A DNA stretch of 26,322 nucleotides from Nitrospira sp. (GCA_005116795.1 SWDL01000399.1:48696-75017), one strand, 5' to 3'. Shown: positions 1 through 9,049, numbered from the stretch's first letter. Numbers and translations are program-made. Notes: generated from the sequence alone by a model not told the origin.

Positions 1-193
1 AGCCCCCGCTCACGCCACGGCGACTGGCCAAGAGGCCGGCGTTTCGCAAGGTCAGGAGAATGTGTTCGAGAAACTCGATCGGCACATGCTGTCGGCGGGC
101 GATCTGGTGCCGCTGGAGGGGGGCCTTCCCGTAGTGTCCGGTCAGTTCGATCAGAGCCCGAAGCCCGTACTCGCTGCGCTTGGAAAACTTCAT
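1..193 (-). CDS. Rrf2-family transcriptional regulator (IscR/CymR-like), N-terminal part; runs off the window
   Basis: Manual translation from the ATG at 193: MKFSKRSEYGLRALIELTGHYGKAPLQRHQIARRQHVPIEFLEHILLTLRNAGLLASRRGVSGG. This is the typical Rrf2 winged-helix N-terminus. Not in the ORF track because it is truncated. Confidence 0.9.
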   Translation of the reverse strand, partial: MKFSKRSEYGLRALIELTGHYGKAPLQRHQIARRQHVPIEFLEHILLTLRNAGLLASRRGVSGG

Positions 194-216
194 GACGTCT
201 ATTGCCGAGTGAGTCA

Positions 217-227
217 CTAAAGTTTAG
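217..227. promoter_or_regulatory. Palindrome CTAAAGTTTAG, candidate Rrf2 autoregulatory operator
   Basis: Perfect 5-1-5 inverted repeat just downstream of the predicted -10 of the rrf2 promoter. Confidence 0.35.
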
Positions 228-229
228 CG

Positions 230-259
230 AGATTAGCGCAGCAGGCCCGTGAGCGTCAA
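230..259 (-). promoter_or_regulatory. sigma70-like promoter for rrf2
   Basis: Minus strand TTGACG-N18-TAATCT, about 35 nt upstream of the ATG. Confidence 0.5.
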
Positions 260-360
260 GATCCAACCGGTCACAACCGATACAGTCTCATTGTGTAACT
301 CGACGTGGCGACATGAGCCAAGATCATTGAAAAATAAGGGGATTGGATCGGTTTCTTTTC

Positions 361-390
361 TTGACTCATCCGAGGGTTTCTTGGTAGTTT
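361..390 (+). promoter_or_regulatory. sigma70-like promoter for the glyQ operon
   Basis: TTGACT-N18-TAGTTT with a TGG extended -10, 70 nt upstream of the glyQ start. Confidence 0.5.
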
Positions 391-459
391 CACAAGTGCG
401 TTCGATCCTCGCAGGCATCGATCAGGCGGCCATGCCGCGCGGAGATCAGTAGGACCCCT

Positions 460-1284
460 GTGACCCTCCAGCAGCTTATTCTCTCGCTCACTCGTTTCTG
501 GGCCGATCAGGGTTGTGTCATTCATCAACCATACGATCTCCAGATGGGAGCCGGCACGTTTCACCCGGCGACCTTCTTGCGCGCATTGGGACCGGAACCC
601 TGGCGTGCCGCCTATCCTCAAGCCTGCCGGCGGCCGACGGACGGGCGCTACGGCGAAAATCCCAATCGCATGCAGCACTACTACCAGTTCCAGGTGGTGC
701 TGAAGCCGTCCCCAGACAACATCCAGTCGCTCTACCTGGAGAGCCTGGCGACGCTCGGCATCAATCCGAAACAGCACGACATTCGCTTCATGCAGGACGA
801 CTGGGAGTCTCCCACCCTGGGCGCCTGGGGTCTCGGCTGGGAAGTCCGGCTCGACGGGATGGAAATCACCCAGTTCACCTATTTTCAGGAGATCGGCGGA
901 ATTGAACTGGAACCGGTCACGGTCGAGATCACCTACGGGACGGAGCGGATCGCCATGTATCTCCAGCAAGTGGACAACGTCTTCGATCTGCTGTGGACGG
1001 AGGGCGTGACCTACGGGGACATCCATCATGCCACGGAAGTGCAATTCTCACGGTACAACTTCGAAGAGGCGGATGTGGCGCTGCTCCGCGCCACGTTTCA
1101 AGCCTACGAGGCCGAGTGCGGGCGTCTGCTCGACAAGGGACTGACCCTGCCGGCCTATGACTTCTGCATTCAGACGTCCCATTGCTTCAATGTGATGGAT
1201 GCCCGGGGCGTGATCAGCGTGGCGGAGCGGACCGGGACGATCGCGCGCGTCCGGGCCCTGGCGCGCCGCTGCGCAGAGTCCTAG
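460..1284 (+). CDS. glyQ: Glycine--tRNA ligase alpha subunit; ends at a probably premature TAG, with homology continuing in frame to the TAG at 1372-1374
   Basis: Motifs [78 protein letters not shown]. Confidence 0.97.
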   Translation: MTLQQLILSLTRFWADQGCVIHQPYDLQMGAGTFHPATFLRALGPEPWRAAYPQACRRPTDGRYGENPNRMQHYYQFQVVLKPSPDNIQSLYLESLATLGINPKQHDIRFMQDDWESPTLGAWGLGWEVRLDGMEITQFTYFQEIGGIELEPVTVEITYGTERIAMYLQQVDNVFDLLWTEGVTYGDIHHATEVQFSRYNFEEADVALLRATFQAYEAECGRLLDKGLTLPAYDFCIQTSHCFNVMDARGVISVAERTGTIARVRALARRCAES

Positions 1285-1399
1285 GTGCGGGACCGCGAAG
1301 CGCTGGGACATCCGATGTTGAATCGGAAGGCCCGACCACAGAAGGGCCGATCCGTTCTGTCCGGTCGACGATAGGCATTCTCGCAAGGACCAATTCGAT

Positions 1400-3577
1400 A
1401 TGCCGCCCAAGGGGCTCCGGACACAACGCAAGACGAGAGCCGTTCACAGCGAGAAGGCGGAGCTGTTGCTGGAGATCGGGACGGAGGAGTTGCCCTATCA
1501 GTTCATCAGCCCGGCTCTGCGCGCGCTGGCCGAATCGGCCGAGCGTGAACTGAAAGATCGCCGGTTGGCCTTCGAGAAGGTGCACACGTTCGGGACACCG
1601 AGACGCCTGACGCTGGCGGTGGAGGGGGTGGCTGCTCAACAGACGTCGGCCGTGAAAGAAGCGATGGGGCCTTCGAAGGCGGTGGCGTTCGATGCCACGG
1701 GGCAGTCCACGAAGGCCGCTCTGGGCTTTGCCGCCTCCCATGGCCTGGCCGTGGGGCAGTTAGAGAGTCGTCACACCCCGAAAGGGGAGTACGTCTTTGC
1801 CGTGAAGCGGGATCCCGGACGGCCGGCATCGGTCGTCCTTCAAGAAATGCTCCCCGGTCTGATCGTCGGCCTCAGCTTCCCCAAAGCCATGAAATGGAAT
1901 GCCACCGGGCTTCGCTTTGCGCGTCCGATCCGATGGATCGTCGCCCTCTACGGCGGGCGAGTGGTGCCTTGTGAGGTGGGCGGCGTGAAGGCCGGCGCCA
2001 GGACCTGGGGGCACCGGTTCATGGGAACCGCCGCCGGGAAGGGACAACAAGGCCTGGTGGTGACCGGCCTGTCCCAGTATCTCGATGTGCTGCGACGACA
2101 GGGCGTGGTGCCGCTCCAGGAAACTCGCCGCACGATGATCCTGGAGCAGATCGAGACCCTGGCCAAGTCGGTCCGTGGGACCGTGCATCGGGATGAAGAC
2201 CTCTTGGAACAGGCGGTGAATGCCGTCGAGTATCCGCATCCGGTCCTCGGCTCGTTTGATGAGGCGTACCTGGCCCTTCCGCAAGACATTCTGGTCACCG
2301 CGATGAAAGAGCATCAGGGGTACTTCTCGCTGGTGGGGCCGAACGGTCGCCTGCTGCCGCAGTTCATTGCCATCACGAATATGAAGGCGCCCAATATGAC
2401 CGTGATCCGCCGGGGGAATGAGCGCGTACTGGCGGCCCGTTTGTCGGATGCGAAATTTTACTTCGACGAGGACGGCAAGATGCCGCTCGCCGACCGTGCC
2501 GAGAAACTCAACGGGGTGACCTTTCATCACAAGCTGGGGACGCTGCTCCAGAAAACCCGCCGTCTGGAAGCGCTGGCCGGTCGGCTGGTGATGGCCCTCA
2601 ACAAGCCCGAACTGGCGGAGACAGCCCGGCGCGCGGCGCGGCTCTCCAAGGCGGATCTGCTCACGGGCGTCGTCGGCGAGTTTCCCGCGCTGCAGGGGGT
2701 CATGGGCGGGGAGTATGCCCGGCTTCAAGGGGAATCGTCGGACGTCTGTCGGGCGTTGGCGGAACACTACCTCCCGAAATCGATGGAGGACGCCTTGCCC
2801 ACCACCCTACTCGGCATGGTGGTGGGGCTGGCCGATCGACTGGATTCCATCGCCGCATTTTTTTCCGTCGGAATGGCTCCCTCCGGCTCGGAAGATCCCT
2901 TCGCGCTCCGGCGCCATGCGGGCGGCCTGGTGCGAATGGTGCTCGAAGGGAAGCTGCGTCTGGACGTGGGGGCGCTCATCGGCGAGGCCGAGCAATTGGT
3001 CGCGCGCGAGGGATTCAAGGCGACCACGGGGACACCCGAGGAACGGCGGCGGCGGATTTTCGATTTTCTGTTGGAACGCCTCCGCTTCTACGGTCGGACG
3101 CAGCAGGGCCTTCGGAATGACGTGATGGAGGCCGTGGCCAAGTCCGTCCGCAGTGAGACCTGTGACCTGCTCGATCTGTTCTCGCGCATGCAAGCCATTC
3201 AGGCGATCACGGGGCGCCCCGAGTTTGATCCGCTCATGGTCGGGTTCAAGCGCGCCCATCGGCTCGTCGAAAAAGAAACGTGGAACAGGGTTCCCGTCGA
3301 CGCCTCGCGGTTTCAGCATCCCTCTGAGGGGGGGCTTCAGCAGGCGCTCGGGGCAGCGGCCCACGCGGTGCCGGCCGCCGTGAGCAAGGGCCGGTATCAG
3401 GAGGCGTTGGAATCGCTGGTCCGGATGAAAGGGGCCATCGACGAGTTCTTCGCCGGCGTCATGGTCAATGCCGAGGACCCGCACGTCAGGGCCAACCGGT
3501 TGTCGCTCCTGGCCGACGTCGATCGGCTGTTTTTGTCGCTCGCGGATTTTTCGCAGATCGTTGTGGCCGGCGCGTGA
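1400..3577 (+). CDS. glyS: Glycine--tRNA ligase beta subunit
   Basis: LLLEIGTEELP, TPRRL, FARPIRWIVAL, GNERVLAARLSDAKF, KADLLTGVVGEFPALQGVMG, GSEDPFALRR, C-terminal RANRLSLL...ADFS; follows glyQ. Confidence 0.97.
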   Translation: MPPKGLRTQRKTRAVHSEKAELLLEIGTEELPYQFISPALRALAESAERELKDRRLAFEKVHTFGTPRRLTLAVEGVAAQQTSAVKEAMGPSKAVAFDATGQSTKAALGFAASHGLAVGQLESRHTPKGEYVFAVKRDPGRPASVVLQEMLPGLIVGLSFPKAMKWNATGLRFARPIRWIVALYGGRVVPCEVGGVKAGARTWGHRFMGTAAGKGQQGLVVTGLSQYLDVLRRQGVVPLQETRRTMILEQIETLAKSVRGTVHRDEDLLEQAVNAVEYPHPVLGSFDEAYLALPQDILVTAMKEHQGYFSLVGPNGRLLPQFIAITNMKAPNMTVIRRGNERVLAARLSDAKFYFDEDGKMPLADRAEKLNGVTFHHKLGTLLQKTRRLEALAGRLVMALNKPELAETARRAARLSKADLLTGVVGEFPALQGVMGGEYARLQGESSDVCRALAEHYLPKSMEDALPTTLLGMVVGLADRLDSIAAFFSVGMAPSGSEDPFALRRHAGGLVRMVLEGKLRLDVGALIGEAEQLVAREGFKATTGTPEERRRRIFDFLLERLRFYGRTQQGLRNDVMEAVAKSVRSETCDLLDLFSRMQAIQAITGRPEFDPLMVGFKRAHRLVEKETWNRVPVDASRFQHPSEGGLQQALGAAAHAVPAAVSKGRYQEALESLVRMKGAIDEFFAGVMVNAEDPHVRANRLSLLADVDRLFLSLADFSQIVVAGA

Positions 3578-3595
3578 TGACGGGAGCCGGAGCCC

Positions 3596-4093
3596 ATGAG
3601 CGAGCGTCCCGGCCTCTCACCGGAACGGAGCGAGATGGAGGAGGGAAATCTCGCGCGACTCCGACGCTACCAACTGGGCGTGACGCTGGCGTTGATCCTG
3701 CTGGGCAACGGGATTCTGGCGCTGACCGTGTGGGGCACGGGGGTCGATCTGGATCGGCTCGTTCGGTTTCCGGACGTGTTCAATCCAGTCAGCGATATCT
3801 GCCTGCGGTTCGGGTGGCACGATGTGTCGGGATCATCGGAGCCGGTTCGGCTCTGCAACGAGTGGATTCAGTTGGCGGATTCCAGCGGCGAAACGCACAA
3901 GCTGCAGAAGGATACCCACGTCGTGCAGGGCGCCGACGGCACACTGTACTTCGATCATGGCACCCGCATGGGATGGCCGGCATTCGGACTCTTCACGTGG
4001 GTGGTGACGGTGATCGGGGCCGGCCTGGCGTTGAAGCGGTGGCTCATGGCGCGCTACCGCGTCCGGCTCGGGTCGGCAGGGAAGGCATCCTAG
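3596..4093 (+). CDS. Hypothetical membrane protein (two predicted TM helices around a soluble loop with two Cys)
   Basis: 165-aa ORF filling the glyS-ppdK gap; hydrophobic stretches LGVTLALILLGNGILALTVW and WPAFGLFTWVVTVIGAGLAL. Confidence 0.8.
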   Translation: MSERPGLSPERSEMEEGNLARLRRYQLGVTLALILLGNGILALTVWGTGVDLDRLVRFPDVFNPVSDICLRFGWHDVSGSSEPVRLCNEWIQLADSSGETHKLQKDTHVVQGADGTLYFDHGTRMGWPAFGLFTWVVTVIGAGLALKRWLMARYRVRLGSAGKAS

Positions 4094-4134
4094 CGATCGC
4101 ATCATATTCGGTCGGGGCGTGACGGAGGACAGGC

Positions 4135-7011
4135 GTGGCCAAGACACCATACGTCTTTTTCTTCGGGGACGGTAAAGCCGAAGGGAAAGGTGACATGAAG
4201 CATCTGCTGGGCGGCAAGGGAGCGGGCTTGGCGGAGATGACGAACCTCGGCATTTCGGTCCCCGCAGGTTTTACCATCTCCACGGACGCTTGCGCGGCCT
4301 ACTACGGCAATAAGAAGACATTCCCGCCGGGCATGTGGGAGCAATCGTTGGCCGCGCTCAAGCGCGTCGAGCGGTCGATGGGCGCCCGATTCGGAGATCC
4401 GGCGGCGCCGCTTCTGGTATCGGTGCGCTCCGGCGCGCGGGCCTCCATGCCGGGCATGATGGATACGGTCCTGAACGTCGGTCTCAACGAGAGGACCGTC
4501 GAGGGGCTGGCGGTGAAGACGCGAAACGAGCGCTTCGCGCAGGACAGCTATCGCCGGTTCATCACCATGTTCGGCTCGATCGTCATGGGTATGTCGCGCG
4601 AGCACTTTGAAGACATCCTAGCCCGCAAGAAGACGGAGCTGCGCGTCAAGCTCGACACGGATCTGGATGCCAAAGCCTTGAAGGAACTGGTGGTCAGGTT
4701 CAAGGCTCTGGTGAAGGAGGAGACCCGGCGGGACTTCCCCGAGGATCCACTGGAGCAGCTTCGGATGGCCATCAACGCGGTCTTCTCCTCCTGGTACGGC
4801 GCGCGAGCGGTCACCTATCGGCGGCTCTACCATATCCCGGATAGTTGGGGGACGGCGGTGAACGTCGTGGCGATGGTGTTCGGCAACATGGGGGAGTCCA
4901 GCGGAACGGGGGTGGCCTTTACGCGATCCCCGGTTTCGGGCGATCCCACGTTCTTCGGTGAGTGCCTGATGAATGCGCAGGGCGAGGATGTCGTCGCCGG
5001 CATTCGTACGCCCTTGCCGGTGGGTGAGCTGGCCAAGACCGTGCCGGCTGCCTACAAAGAGTTGATGACGACCTACCGCAAGCTGGAGATGCACTACCGG
5101 GACATGCTCGACCTGGAGTTTACGATCCAGGAGGGCACACTGTACATGCTCCAAACCCGCGTCGGGAAGCGCACGGGCATCTCCGCCGTCCGCATCGCCG
5201 TGGACATGGTGCAAGAAAGGCTGATCACCAAGGCCGAGGCCGTCCAACGGGTCGGCCCGGAACAGTTGGCCCAGTATCTCTATCCGATTTTTGACGGAGG
5301 AGAAGAGGCCAAGCACAAGGTCTTGGGCAAGGGGCTGCCGGCGGGGCCGGGGGCCGCGGCGGGGAAGATCGCGTTGACTCCGGATAAAGCGGTCGAGATG
5401 AAAGCTCGGGGTGAGCGAGTCGTGCTGGTCAGGCAGGAAACGAGTCCGGACGACATTCATGGCATGAACGCCGCGCTCGGGTTTCTGACGGCACGAGGCG
5501 GCATGACCAGCCATGCGGCCGTGGTGGCGCGGCAGATGGGAAAAGTGTGCGTGGCCGGCTGCGAGGCCGTGGAGGTCGAAGACGGGAGTCGGGTCAAGAT
5601 CGGGTCGGTCGTGCTCAAGGAGGGCGACTTTCTCTCGATCAACGGGTTCACGGGCCAGGTCTATCAGGGCGACGTCCCGGTCGTGGAATCGGATGTCATC
5701 CAGGTCATCCAGGGGAAGATGGACGCCCGCAAGTCGGAAAAGTATCAGCGCTTTGCCCTGCTGCTCAGTTGGGCGGACGAGTTCCGGACCCTGAAAGTCC
5801 GAGCGAATGCCGACGTGCCCGATCAGGCCATGGTGGCGCGAGGGTTCGGCGCGGAAGGGATCGGACTCTGTCGTACGGAGCACATGTTCTTTGCCGAGGA
5901 TCGCATCACGGTGATGCAGCGGATGATTCTGGCGAGGACCAAACAGGACCGGGAAAAAGAACTGGCCAAGTTGTTGCCGCTGCAAAAGCAAGACTTCATC
6001 GGACTGTATCGTGAGATGAAGGGCTATCCGGTCACAATCCGCTTGCTAGATCCGCCGCTGCATGAATTTCTCCCGAAGCGGGAAGAATTGATGGTCGAGA
6101 TCGCGAAGCTCGAGCTGACCCATGGCGACGCGGCCACCGTGGACGAGAAGCGGCGCTTGTTGGCTCGCGTCGAAGAACTCCACGAGTTCAATCCGATGCT
6201 GGGGCTCCGCGGCTGCCGGCTGGGGATCCTGATGCCGGAGATCACCAGGATGCAGGCGCGAGCCATCATCGAGGCGGCCTGTGAATTGGCGAAAGAGGGC
6301 AAGAAGATCGTGCCGGAGATCATGATTCCCCTGGTCGGCATGGTGTCGGAAATGAAGGCGCAGAAAGACATCATCCGCGAAGTCGCCGACGAGACCATGA
6401 AGCAGTGCGGCGCGAAGCTGACCTATCTCGTGGGGACCATGATCGAGTTGCCGCGCGCGGCGGTGACCGCCGGCCGGATTGCGGAGGAAGCCGAATTCTT
6501 CTCGTTCGGCACCAACGACCTGACTCAGACGACATTCGGGTTTTCGCGCGACGATGCCGCCAAGTTCGTGTCCTTCTACATGGGCCGGCAGGACACCTGC
6601 CCGAACTGTCAAAGCGCCGATGTGGACTGGAAGGACATGAAGTGCCGAGCCTGCGGGGCGGTGGCGGCGAAGAAGCCGGACAATATTCTCGATGCGGATC
6701 CCTTCGCCGTGTTGGATCGGGAAGGTGTCGGAGCGCTCATGCGGCTGGCGATTGCGGAAGGCCGCAAGACCCGGCCCGGCATCAAGCTTGGGATCTGCGG
6801 CGAACACGGCGGCGAGCCGAGCTCGGTGGAGTTCTGCCACCAGATCGGTCTGGACTATGTGAGCTGCTCACCCTACCGTGTGGCGATTGCGCGGCTGGCC
6901 GCCGCCCAGGCCGCCTTGGCAGCCGGAGCGTCCGCCGCAACGCGCAAGCCCACGTCAAGCTCCAGGCGGAAGGGAAAGACCACACGGGCGAAGGGCAGAT
7001 CTCGACGGTAA
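4135..7011 (+). CDS. ppdK: Pyruvate, phosphate dikinase with a Cys4 insertion
   Basis: LLGGKGAGLAEMTNLG, LLVSVRSGARASMPGMMDTVLN, phospho-His motif GGMTSHAAVVAR, GIGLCRTEHMFF, NPMLGLRGCRLG, FSFGTNDLTQ, GICGEHGG. GGAGG RBS before the GTG. Confidence 0.98.
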   Translation: MAKTPYVFFFGDGKAEGKGDMKHLLGGKGAGLAEMTNLGISVPAGFTISTDACAAYYGNKKTFPPGMWEQSLAALKRVERSMGARFGDPAAPLLVSVRSGARASMPGMMDTVLNVGLNERTVEGLAVKTRNERFAQDSYRRFITMFGSIVMGMSREHFEDILARKKTELRVKLDTDLDAKALKELVVRFKALVKEETRRDFPEDPLEQLRMAINAVFSSWYGARAVTYRRLYHIPDSWGTAVNVVAMVFGNMGESSGTGVAFTRSPVSGDPTFFGECLMNAQGEDVVAGIRTPLPVGELAKTVPAAYKELMTTYRKLEMHYRDMLDLEFTIQEGTLYMLQTRVGKRTGISAVRIAVDMVQERLITKAEAVQRVGPEQLAQYLYPIFDGGEEAKHKVLGKGLPAGPGAAAGKIALTPDKAVEMKARGERVVLVRQETSPDDIHGMNAALGFLTARGGMTSHAAVVARQMGKVCVAGCEAVEVEDGSRVKIGSVVLKEGDFLSINGFTGQVYQGDVPVVESDVIQVIQGKMDARKSEKYQRFALLLSWADEFRTLKVRANADVPDQAMVARGFGAEGIGLCRTEHMFFAEDRITVMQRMILARTKQDREKELAKLLPLQKQDFIGLYREMKGYPVTIRLLDPPLHEFLPKREELMVEIAKLELTHGDAATVDEKRRLLARVEELHEFNPMLGLRGCRLGILMPEITRMQARAIIEAACELAKEGKKIVPEIMIPLVGMVSEMKAQKDIIREVADETMKQCGAKLTYLVGTMIELPRAAVTAGRIAEEAEFFSFGTNDLTQTTFGFSRDDAAKFVSFYMGRQDTCPNCQSADVDWKDMKCRACGAVAAKKPDNILDADPFAVLDREGVGALMRLAIAEGRKTRPGIKLGICGEHGGEPSSVEFCHQIGLDYVSCSPYRVAIARLAAAQAALAAGASAATRKPTSSSRRKGKTTRAKGRSRR

Positions 7012-7013
7012 TC

Positions 7014-8192
7014 GTGTCTCGTTCGCGCACGAGACGATCGGGCAGTCTCTCTTCTGATCGAGATTCCCATTTCATGCGCCTTGCCCTTCGCCTGGCGGCG
7101 AAGGGCCGGGGCCGGACCAGCCCCAATCCTCTGGTCGGCGCGGTGGTCGTCTCCGGTGGTCGCATGGTGGGCCAAGGGTATCACCGCCGAGTCGGCGGGC
7201 CCCACGCAGAAATCCACGCCCTCCACGATGCCGGGCGTCGCGCGGCCGGCGCCACCTTGTACCTGACCCTCGAGCCCTGTGTACACCGCAAGAAGCGCAC
7301 GCCTCCCTGTGTCCCGACCGTCATCCAGTCTGCGGTCAGGCGCGTCGTCATCGCCATGCCTGACCCGAATCCCTTGGTGAACGGAAAGGGAATTCGCGCG
7401 CTTCGCCGGGCCGGTGTTCGAGTTGAGGTGGGGCGTCTTCAAGCCGAGGCCGAGCGCCTGAACGAAGCCTATTCCCATCGTGTACGAACCGGCCGTCCCT
7501 TCGTCACGCTGAAGGCGGCCATGACGCTGGACGGCAAGATTGCGGCGGCCGGTGGGGAATCCCAGTGGATTACCGGCAAGGCGGCCCGACGGGACGCCCA
7601 CCGGTTACGCGCCGGCAGCGATGCCATTCTGGTCGGGATCGGGACCGCCTTGGCGGACGATCCCCGGTTGACGGTCCGGCTGACCGGGCGAAGGGCTCGG
7701 TCCGAACGGCGGCCCCAGCCGCTCCGGGTGGTGCTGGACAGTCGTTTGCGCTTCCCGCTCAGCGCAAGAATGGTGAAGGCGCGGGCAGGGGGACCGGTCG
7801 TGGTGATGACGACGGCCACGGCCTCCAAAAGTCGGGGCGCCGCTCTGGAACAGAAGGGCGTCCAGGTCGTACGGGTGCCAGGCGCGGTCTCACGTGTGTC
7901 CCTGCGGTATGCCGTCCGGGCTCTGGCATCGCTCGGCATCAGTCGTCTGCTGGTCGAGGGCGGCGGAGAAGTCAATGCCGCCTTCTTGAAGGCCGGTCTG
8001 GTGGATCGCGTGGTGCTGTATGTCGCTCCGAAGCTGCTCGGTGGAGGCGATGCGGTGGGCGTGATCGGCGGCGCCTCTCGTCGCCTCGCCAAGGCCCTGT
8101 TGCTGGCCCCGCCCAACGTGACTCGTCTCGGCAACGATCTGCGTCTCGAAGCCAGAATCCACAGCCCCTCGAAGGTGAAGCCGAAAATGTAA
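7014..8192 (+). CDS. ribD: Bifunctional diaminohydroxyphosphoribosylaminopyrimidine deaminase/reductase
   Basis: TSPNPLVGAVVV, GGPHAE, TLEPCVH..RTPPC, LKAAMTLDGKIA, SQWITG, LLVEGGG. Start set at GTG 7014, just after the ppdK stop; the upstream part of ORF 6405 overlaps ppdK. Confidence 0.95.
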   Translation: MSRSRTRRSGSLSSDRDSHFMRLALRLAAKGRGRTSPNPLVGAVVVSGGRMVGQGYHRRVGGPHAEIHALHDAGRRAAGATLYLTLEPCVHRKKRTPPCVPTVIQSAVRRVVIAMPDPNPLVNGKGIRALRRAGVRVEVGRLQAEAERLNEAYSHRVRTGRPFVTLKAAMTLDGKIAAAGGESQWITGKAARRDAHRLRAGSDAILVGIGTALADDPRLTVRLTGRRARSERRPQPLRVVLDSRLRFPLSARMVKARAGGPVVVMTTATASKSRGAALEQKGVQVVRVPGAVSRVSLRYAVRALASLGISRLLVEGGGEVNAAFLKAGLVDRVVLYVAPKLLGGGDAVGVIGGASRRLAKALLLAPPNVTRLGNDLRLEARIHSPSKVKPKM

Positions 8193-8263
8193 ACGATGAG
8201 GCGTAGGATGTCGGGGGGAAAGGAAGGTCGCGGTTCCGACGACAATCCAACGGGATGAGGTCC

Positions 8264-8857
8264 TTAGACCTGATCGAAGATTTCAGGATACCGCTCGGAG
8301 AGTTCCGGGTGGAGTTCCGGATACCACTTCCTCACGCAGTGCGGGCAAAGGCTGTGCGTAAAGACGGTCTTGGTGTGGGCCTCAAGATACTGCTCGACCT
8401 GGCTCCAGGCACCCTGGTCGTCGCGAATCTTCTTGCATGACGCACAGATGGGCAGGAGGGCTTGAAGCGCTTGGATGCGTCGGGTCGCCTCGGCCTGTTG
8501 TTGCGACAGGAAGACCGTCACCCAGATGGCGGCGATCGACAGCCCTCGATTGCCGATCGACAACCAGGACGTCGCGCCGCTTGGAGAAAGGACGTACCCG
8601 ATGACGGTCAGTCCGGTGCAGATTCCTCCCACCGCCAGCGTGAATTTCGGTTGTGTGGGGTGGAGGGAAATCAAGATCGGGATAATATACAGGACCCCGA
8701 TGGCGATGCCGCGTGGGAGGATGAGATCGATCAAGAAAATCACTGCCGCCGATCCCAGCACCAGAGAGGTCGAGTAGCGATCGGTCGACTCTTGGTGAAT
8801 TTCGGCAGGCGTGGCGCGGACTCCGTTCCGGCTGTACATTCCGACCGTCGGCGCCAT
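8264..8857 (-). CDS. Membrane sensor-like protein: about four TM helices plus a C-terminal PICASCKKIRDD...HSLCPHC Cys4 domain
   Basis: Hydrophobic N-half (IFLIDLILPRGIAIGVLYIIPIL ... NRGLSIAAIW). The C-terminal LLPICxxCKKIRDDxGxW..E.Y...H....F.H.LCP.C motif is a widespread uncharacterised output domain on PAS/REC proteins. Confidence 0.85.
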   Translation of the reverse strand: MAPTVGMYSRNGVRATPAEIHQESTDRYSTSLVLGSAAVIFLIDLILPRGIAIGVLYIIPILISLHPTQPKFTLAVGGICTGLTVIGYVLSPSGATSWLSIGNRGLSIAAIWVTVFLSQQQAEATRRIQALQALLPICASCKKIRDDQGAWSQVEQYLEAHTKTVFTHSLCPHCVRKWYPELHPELSERYPEIFDQV

Positions 8858-8937
8858 GTTCCGGTGTCCCTCCTCTGTGCGGGGCGGTAATCTAGCCTAA
8901 ACATCCCCCTTTCCGCAAGCCCCAACAGAACTTCGAA

Positions 8938-8953
8938 TCATCTTGCAAGATGA
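8938..8953. promoter_or_regulatory. Perfect 16-bp palindrome TCATCTTGCAAGATGA, candidate operator
   Basis: Self-complementary; lies in the divergent intergenic region between 8857(-) and 9135(+). Confidence 0.45.
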
Positions 8954-9049
8954 GTTCATCCGTGGCGCCGCCGGCAGGAATGGAGGAGAGCCGACCCAGA
9001 TGGGGGGCAGCGTCATTGGGCGGTGATATCGGGCCGTAATGGACAGGGG

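Noticed and set aside
218-244. TAAAGTTT, a perfect sigma28 -35 element
   Set aside because: No GCCGATAA-like -10 at the N11 spacing (CGCAGCAG is found instead); better explained as the palindrome.
233-452. Short ORFs 233..418(-) and 249..452(+)
   Set aside because: They overlap the divergent promoters, have no RBS or recognisable motif, and have AT-rich non-coding composition.
271-6840. Long antisense ORFs opposite glyQ, glyS and ppdK (e.g. 271..1044, 1760..2767, 4618..5991, 6046..6840)
   Set aside because: Shadow frames typical of GC-rich coding DNA; no motifs, and fully overlapped by confident genes.
6405-7013. N-terminal 200-aa extension of RibD in the ORF track
   Set aside because: Overlaps the ppdK 3' end in another frame; RibD homology starts after 7014.
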